The notes under the pieces are model-generated. The model ran no database searches. It saw only the letters and a program-made list of their open reading frames with translations, and was not told the origin of the DNA. A stretch of DNA of 64,000 nucleotides. It comes from Vulcanimicrobiota bacterium. Lineage in GTDB: Bacteria > Vulcanimicrobiota > Vulcanimicrobiia > Vulcanimicrobiales > Vulcanimicrobiaceae. Position numbers and translations under genes: made by a program. Where the stretch lies: positions 640,001 to 704,000 of the forward strand of contig CAWGBN010000006.1 of the NCBI GenBank assembly GCA_963820825.1, given 5' to 3'. Below are positions 58,936 to 64,000 of the stretch, one piece after another; the stretch's first letter is position 1, and each line of letters opens with the position of its first letter.

Positions 58936-60192
58936 ATGAAATTGGCTCGAGTTACAGTCTTCGCATTCCTGTTCGTCGCGTCGGGCTGTTCAGGGCAAGG
59001 AGCACCACCGACCGGTCACGCGGCCGCGCCCGCCCAAATCGCCGGCCCTTCCGAAGCCAAGCATCGCGCGCCGTACTCGGCGCGCAGGGCCAGTTCCGAT
59101 CCAACACACGTCTGGCTGCATTACGACTACATGGTCTTCCCGAACGGACTAGACTTGCGAGGCATTGAGCCGTATTGTTCCAATCCCAGCTATACATGCG
59201 TTTTCCCACCTGGTTTCAGCACCGCCCCCGACAAGCAGCAAATCGATAAGGTCATGATGGCGTTCCGCCACCAGCACTTGACGTTGCATATCGACCCGCA
59301 CCATACGGAAATCCCCGGCCTTTACGCCATTCTCGATGACCTCGATGGAAATAATTGGGATTCAAGTCCCCCTTGCATGGGGCCGAGTTCCGCGAAGTTC
59401 AGCGATCTGAAGGCGCAGTACTTTCATCCAAAGGGGAACCGTCCTTGGCACTACACGATCGTGGGATTCGTTCTCGATTCCCTTGAGGGAGAGTTTGATA
59501 ACGCCAGCTGCAACGGTGTAGAAGGGGTCGCCGAGCTGCCGGGGTTCGACTTCGAGCTGGGCTTTGGGACGCGATACATCATCGGCCTCGGGTTTGGCCC
59601 TCCGCAAAACGTTTTTGGCGGCATCCTAATGCACGAACTCGGCCATAACCTCGGCTTGCAACACGGCGGAGACGAAGACCTGAACTGGAAACCGAACTAC
59701 CTCAGTGTTATGAACTACCGGTTTCAATTCGGCATTCCGCAAGCTAAGCGTCGCGGCTCGAAGGATCCACACGGAGACGACCGAGTCGACTACTCGCCTA
59801 CCGCGCTCGCCACGCTGGACGAGAATCATTTAAACGAAAATCTTGGGATTGGAGCGGGAACAAAAGACATATCATACTATTGGGACTTTTTTGGTTCTCA
59901 GGACTGCATCGACTTATATCCATCGCCGGCCGTCCCCGCGGCCACGACGGGCCCGGTTGACTGGAATTGTGACGGGACTCTGGAGTCGGATATTGCTGAC
60001 GATCTCATAAGCACGACGGATCAGTACGTTCCCCTCACGACGCTTCACGGATTTAACGACTGGGCCGAGGTCAAAACCATCTTGAGCCAATCGCCGTCAA
60101 GGCTGAGGCCCAAAAGACACGTCGATCCCGGGCCTCAGCTGTCAAGTCGCCAAGTCGGAGTACGCTATCACCCTGAGCCTGTCGAAGAGTGA
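58936..60192 (+). CDS. Lipoprotein with metzincin zinc-protease motif
   Basis: ASGC lipobox; MHELGHNLGLQHGG, SVMNY Met-turn. Confidence 0.85.
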   Translation: MKLARVTVFAFLFVASGCSGQGAPPTGHAAAPAQIAGPSEAKHRAPYSARRASSDPTHVWLHYDYMVFPNGLDLRGIEPYCSNPSYTCVFPPGFSTAPDKQQIDKVMMAFRHQHLTLHIDPHHTEIPGLYAILDDLDGNNWDSSPPCMGPSSAKFSDLKAQYFHPKGNRPWHYTIVGFVLDSLEGEFDNASCNGVEGVAELPGFDFELGFGTRYIIGLGFGPPQNVFGGILMHELGHNLGLQHGGDEDLNWKPNYLSVMNYRFQFGIPQAKRRGSKDPHGDDRVDYSPTALATLDENHLNENLGIGAGTKDISYYWDFFGSQDCIDLYPSPAVPAATTGPVDWNCDGTLESDIADDLISTTDQYVPLTTLHGFNDWAEVKTILSQSPSRLRPKRHVDPGPQLSSRQVGVRYHPEPVEE

Positions 60193-60540
60193 CCCGTCCG
60201 CAGCACGACGATCTTAGCGAGTCGGCAAGGTCGCACTTCTATTCGGATGGCTTCTGGGTGCAAGATGCGACGTGGCGGATGCGCGGCGTACACAATACTG
60301 CACCAAGCAATGGGAACGCTAATCGGGAGATCGTTAGCTATTGTCCTAAGATTGTCGTAAATAGGAGCCGGCCGGCTATGAAGTTCCTTTGCCAAGAGCC
60401 TATCTGATAAGAGATCTTCCCGGCACTGCCTAAGGCGACTCGAACGCCTGACCCCTTACATCAATTGTAAGTGGTCTCCATTTCCTCCCCGGGACGGCGA
60501 AGGCAAACGCAAAAAGTCCCGTAAAATAGGGCCCTTTTGT

Positions 60541-60616
60541 TGGTGGAGATGGGGGGACTCGAACCCCCGACCCCTTACATGCGAAGCAAGTGCTCTACCA
60601 GCTGAGCTACATCCCC
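60541..60616 (-). tRNA. tRNA-Ala(CGC)
   Basis: GGGGATGTAGCTCAGCTGGTAGAGCACTTGCTT-CGC-ATGTAAGGGGTCGGGGGTTCGAGTCCCCCCATCTCCACCA; G3-U70; encoded CCA. Confidence 0.96.
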
Positions 60617-60642
60617 ACGGGGCCGCGTCGGCGACCTGGAGG

Positions 60643-60672
60643 ATTGTACGTGCCGCGCTGGGCACCTGTCAA
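60643..60672 (-). promoter_or_regulatory. Sigma70 promoter of tRNA-Ala
   Basis: Minus-strand TTGACA(60672-60667)-18 bp-TACAAT(60648-60643). Confidence 0.7.
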
Positions 60673-60677
60673 AGCAG

Positions 60678-61331
60678 ATGAGCAAGCTTCCGTATGTTGC
60701 GTTCGCCGTCGTCTGCGTCGCGATTCCGTTCTCGCGACCCGCCGCCGCACTCTCCGCGGCGCCGGTGGAAGTCGCCGCGACCCGATGCAACGGTCAAACG
60801 ATCGACGACGCCTCGGGGCGAGTGCGCGACTACGATCGTCACGCGCCGGGCAATAGCTCCGCTGCGCTCGTGGTGCGATACGGCGCGCTCGCTGAGGTCA
60901 TCTCGGTGCTCAACGAAGAGCACGAGATCCTTAACAACATCTGCTCGTCCGACGCGCAAAAAGCGCCGTTTTTCGCGCAAATCGCGGCGACCTCGGCGTG
61001 GGCGCTGGTCTTGCAGGCCGACCTGGCGGCGCGGCTCAACGCATCGTGTCCGGCCGGTGCGAAAGCACTGCCGACGATGATGATCGCCGACGCATGGCTC
61101 GCGCTTGCCAACGTCGTCAACGACGAGGACGGCAACGTCCCGCCGGCCTTCGCGAACGTGATCCCCAAGGTTCAGACGCGCGCGCAGACCCTCGGCCTTG
61201 CGCTGCCGGCGTGGCCGGAGACGTCGGCATACTGGCGCGACCAAGTTCACGCCGCCGCGAAGACCCAGGTCGCCGCCTGTCCCTCACCGAGCCCTTCGCC
61301 GAGCCCGTCCGCGGCGGTGTCGCCGCCGTAG
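60678..61331 (+). CDS. Secreted helical protein with SP-repeat tail
   Basis: Signal peptide; several Cys; PSPSPSPS. Confidence 0.7.
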   Translation: MSKLPYVAFAVVCVAIPFSRPAAALSAAPVEVAATRCNGQTIDDASGRVRDYDRHAPGNSSAALVVRYGALAEVISVLNEEHEILNNICSSDAQKAPFFAQIAATSAWALVLQADLAARLNASCPAGAKALPTMMIADAWLALANVVNDEDGNVPPAFANVIPKVQTRAQTLGLALPAWPETSAYWRDQVHAAAKTQVAACPSPSPSPSPSAAVSPP

Positions 61332-61334
61332 GAT

Positions 61335-61353
61335 TTTGCGAATAGTTCGCAAA
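61335..61353. promoter_or_regulatory. Candidate Zur/Fur box
   Basis: Perfect inverted repeat TTTGCGAA-TAG-TTCGCAAA just upstream of the Fur-family gene. Confidence 0.65.
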
Positions 61354-61364
61354 TAATCTCGCCC

Positions 61365-61757
61365 ATGGGTACCCGGGCGGATTACGTCACACGTCCGCGC
61401 GAGATGATCGCGACGATCCTCAAGCGCGAGCCGCGCTTTCTTTCTGCTGCGACGATTCATCAGCGGCTTAAGCGCGCCGGCGCGCGCGTCTCACTCTCGA
61501 CGGTCTATCGCACGCTCGATCGACTGCGCGCCAAGAACGAAGTGACCGAGCGCGCCGATGCCGACGGCGAGGCGACCTTCATGCTTTGCGAGCCGGCGCA
61601 TCACCACCATCATGCGATCTGCGGCGAATGCGGGCGCGTCGAAGACGTCGATTGCACCGCGATCGAGCAGTTCGCCGAATCGCTGCGCGCGCTCCACGCC
61701 TTCGAGCTCGACGGGCACGCAATGGAGTTTTTCGGCCGGTGCCGAGCGTGCCAATGA
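61365..61757 (+). CDS. zur: Fur-family regulator, likely Zur
   Basis: SLSTVYRTL, HHHHHAICGECG, CRAC; leads the znu operon. Confidence 0.85.
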   Translation: MGTRADYVTRPREMIATILKREPRFLSAATIHQRLKRAGARVSLSTVYRTLDRLRAKNEVTERADADGEATFMLCEPAHHHHHAICGECGRVEDVDCTAIEQFAESLRALHAFELDGHAMEFFGRCRACQ

Positions 61758-62638
61758 GAGGTATCCTCGCCTTCGCGTTGCTTTGCTCTGCAGTCGCGTG
61801 CTCGCACACCGTTCGACAGGCTCAGGGTGAGAACATAGCGACGAGCCATAAAGTCGTAGTCGCTACGACGATCTCGACGCTCAACTCGTTCGTGCAGGGC
61901 GTCGGCGGCGAACACGTGACGGTAAAGAACATCGTCCCGATCGGCGCGTCACCCGAAACCTTCGCGCCGACGCCGCAAGACGTCGCAACGGTCGCCGATG
62001 CAAACCTGCTCGTCGAGAACGGCGCCGGGCTCGAATCCTGGCTCGACCGGCTGCTGCGCGATGCCGGCGCGAACGGGCTGCGCGTCGTTGTCTGTACCGA
62101 CGGATTGCCGGTAAAGAATCTCAACCCGCATCTCTGGATGGATCCGGTCCTCGCGAAGCGTTACGTGGCCAAGATCCGCGACGCACTTGTCGTAATCGAC
62201 CCCATGCATGCCGCCGACTACCGGAGCAACGCGGCGGCATACGACGCGCGGCTCGACGACCTGACGAAGCGGATTCGGGCGAAGATCGCCACGATACCGC
62301 CGTCGCGCCGCTATATGATCGTCTTTCACAATGCCTGGCTCTACTACAACGCGCGCTTCGGTATCACGACGTTGGGCTTCGTGGAGCGCAACCCCGGACA
62401 AGAGCCGAACCCCCAGCAGATCGCCCAGCTCATCGATCTCGCCAAGGCACACAACGTCAGCGCGGTCTTCAGCGAACCGGAGTATAGCTCGAAGCTCCTC
62501 TACTCGATCGCGCAGGGCGCCGGCGTCAAGGTCGTCGAGAATCTCTACGACGACTCCGTGGGCACCGATCCGCGCGTCGCCAACTACGTCGCCATGCTCA
62601 CGTACGACACCAACGCGATCGTGGATGCGCTGAAGTGA
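61754..62638 (+). CDS. znuA: Zn/Mn ABC transporter substrate-binding lipoprotein
   Basis: NPHLWMDP, VFHNAWLY, VFSE. Confidence 0.85.
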   Translation: MRGILAFALLCSAVACSHTVRQAQGENIATSHKVVVATTISTLNSFVQGVGGEHVTVKNIVPIGASPETFAPTPQDVATVADANLLVENGAGLESWLDRLLRDAGANGLRVVVCTDGLPVKNLNPHLWMDPVLAKRYVAKIRDALVVIDPMHAADYRSNAAAYDARLDDLTKRIRAKIATIPPSRRYMIVFHNAWLYYNARFGITTLGFVERNPGQEPNPQQIAQLIDLAKAHNVSAVFSEPEYSSKLLYSIAQGAGVKVVENLYDDSVGTDPRVANYVAMLTYDTNAIVDALK

Positions 62639-63426
62639 TGCAAGAAGCGGTTGTGGCGCGCGATCTCGTGGTGCGCTACGAGGATTTTACCGCGCTCATC
62701 GGCGCGACGTTCACCGCGAATTACGGCGAAGCGCTCGGCATCGTCGGACCGAACGGCTCCGGAAAGTCGACGCTGCTCAAGACCATTGCCGGGCTCTTGC
62801 AGCCGGCGACCGGTGAGCTGCGGGTGCTCGGCTCGCAGCCGCGCAAGCTCGTCCCCGGAACGATCGCCTACGTTCCGCAAGTCGAGGCCGTCGACTGGTC
62901 CTTTCCGGCCACGGTTTGGGACGTCGTGGCGATGGGCCGATTTGCGCGCCTGCGCTTTTGGCAGCATTTCGGAACGCACGATCGCGTTGCGGTGCGTCGG
63001 GCGCTCGAGCAAGTCCACATGACGGCACTGGCCGGCCGGCATATCGCAAACCTCTCCGGCGGGCAGCAGCAGCGTGCCTTCGTCGCGCGGGCAATCGCGC
63101 AGGAACCGCAGCTCTTGCTGCTCGACGAGCCGACGACCGGAGTCGATGCAGCGACGGAAGAGGCGCTCCGTCGCATCGTCCGCGAGCTCGTTGCCGGCGG
63201 ATTGCCGGTGCTGATGGCCACCCACGATCTCGACCGCGTCGACGAGTGGTTCGACCGGCTGCTCGTCGTCGATCGCCGCGTGCTCGCGCTTGGCTCGCCG
63301 GACGAGGTCGTGGAGTCGGGCGCCTATAGTGCGATTCGCGAGCATACCCACACCCACGGCCATCTGCGCCTCGATCACGAGCCGCACGATGCCCATGCCG
63401 CGCACCCGGAATTGCATCCACACTAG
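62635..63426 (+). CDS. znuC: Zn/Mn ABC transporter ATPase with His-rich tail
   Basis: GPNGSGKST, LSGGQQQR, LLDEP. Confidence 0.9.
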   Translation: MMQEAVVARDLVVRYEDFTALIGATFTANYGEALGIVGPNGSGKSTLLKTIAGLLQPATGELRVLGSQPRKLVPGTIAYVPQVEAVDWSFPATVWDVVAMGRFARLRFWQHFGTHDRVAVRRALEQVHMTALAGRHIANLSGGQQQRAFVARAIAQEPQLLLLDEPTTGVDAATEEALRRIVRELVAGGLPVLMATHDLDRVDEWFDRLLVVDRRVLALGSPDEVVESGAYSAIREHTHTHGHLRLDHEPHDAHAAHPELHPH

Positions 63427-63428
63427 CC

Positions 63429-64000
63429 GTGGAAGTATTAACGGCCCCCTTTCATTACGCGTTCATGCAGCGCGCCTTCGTCGCGGCGCTGACGGTTGGT
63501 CTGCTCTGCTCGACGATGGGCACCTATGTGATCCTGCGGCGGCTCTCGTTTATCGGCGACGGCATCGCGCACGCCTCGTTTGCGGGAATCGTGATCGCGT
63601 ATCTGCGCGGCGCGAACTTCTACATCGGAGCCGGAATCGTTGCCGTGCTCACCGCGATCGGCATCGGATTCGTCCATCGCCGCGGACGCATCTCGCTCGA
63701 TACGACGATCGGCGTGCTCTTCACCGGTATGTTCGCACTCGGCGTTTACCTCATGAGCCAGCAGCGCAGCTACGCGGTCGACTTGCAGAGCTTTCTTTTC
63801 GGCGACATTCTCGCCGTGCAGCCGCAGGATCTCTGGCTGATCGTCGCGCTGAGCGTCATCGTCGCCGCGGGAGTCGTCGTGCTCTTTCGCGGGTTGCTCT
63901 ATACCACGTTCGATCCCGTCGTCGCCGAAGCGAGCGGCATCGCGGCGCCGGCCTACGAGTACGCCTTGCTCGTCATGCTCGCGTTGACCATCGTCGTCGC
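63429..64000 (+). CDS. znuB: Zn/Mn ABC transporter permease (truncated by window end)
   Basis: FMQRAF...LRRLSFIGDGIAHASF...FLFGDIL. Confidence 0.9.
   Translation, partial: MEVLTAPFHYAFMQRAFVAALTVGLLCSTMGTYVILRRLSFIGDGIAHASFAGIVIAYLRGANFYIGAGIVAVLTAIGIGFVHRRGRISLDTTIGVLFTGMFALGVYLMSQQRSYAVDLQSFLFGDILAVQPQDLWLIVALSVIVAAGVVVLFRGLLYTTFDPVVAEASGIAAPAYEYALLVMLALTIVV

Larger units (their letters stand above)
51205..60585. mobile_element. Tandem integrase-less islets at tRNA-Ala (about 6.6 kb and 2.8 kb)
   Basis: att cores at 51205, 57770 and 60541; shared flanks; arm-like repeats. Confidence 0.75.

Noticed and set aside
51205..60585. Prophage
   Set aside because: No structural, replication or intact integrase genes

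Overview
A high-GC bacterial chromosome segment. The gene style (many secreted beta-propeller lipoproteins, an ATPase-TPR/LuxR regulator) suggests Ca. Eremiobacterota/Vulcanimicrobiota; this is inference only. The left ~25 kb looks core-like: M48-RDD, SRAP, GT39, a two-component pair, TM0106 nuclease-helicase, a uppS operon, NUDIX, beta-CASP and LOG. About 25-60 kb looks accessory: an ars operon, ADH, DUF2252, flavoprotein reductases, a Dyp peroxidase operon, propeller lipoproteins and a DUF4160/DUF2442 TA pair. It ends at a tRNA-Ala(CGC), followed by zur-znuACB. Main observations: (1) a thioredoxin-fold selenoprotein candidate missed by the ORF track (UGGC motif, in-frame TGA, downstream SECIS-like hairpin); (2) a tandem array of integrase-less islets at tRNA-Ala, with repeated att cores, shared 11-bp-period arm-like repeats and integrase relics; (3) a duplicated two-gene module encoding secreted proteins with constant ends and different low-complexity cores; (4) a membrane protein with a doubled PmoC/AmoC-like D-x3-H...H motif. 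Several genes carry single-base insertions that are probably sequencing errors. All family calls come from motif recognition, not database searches.
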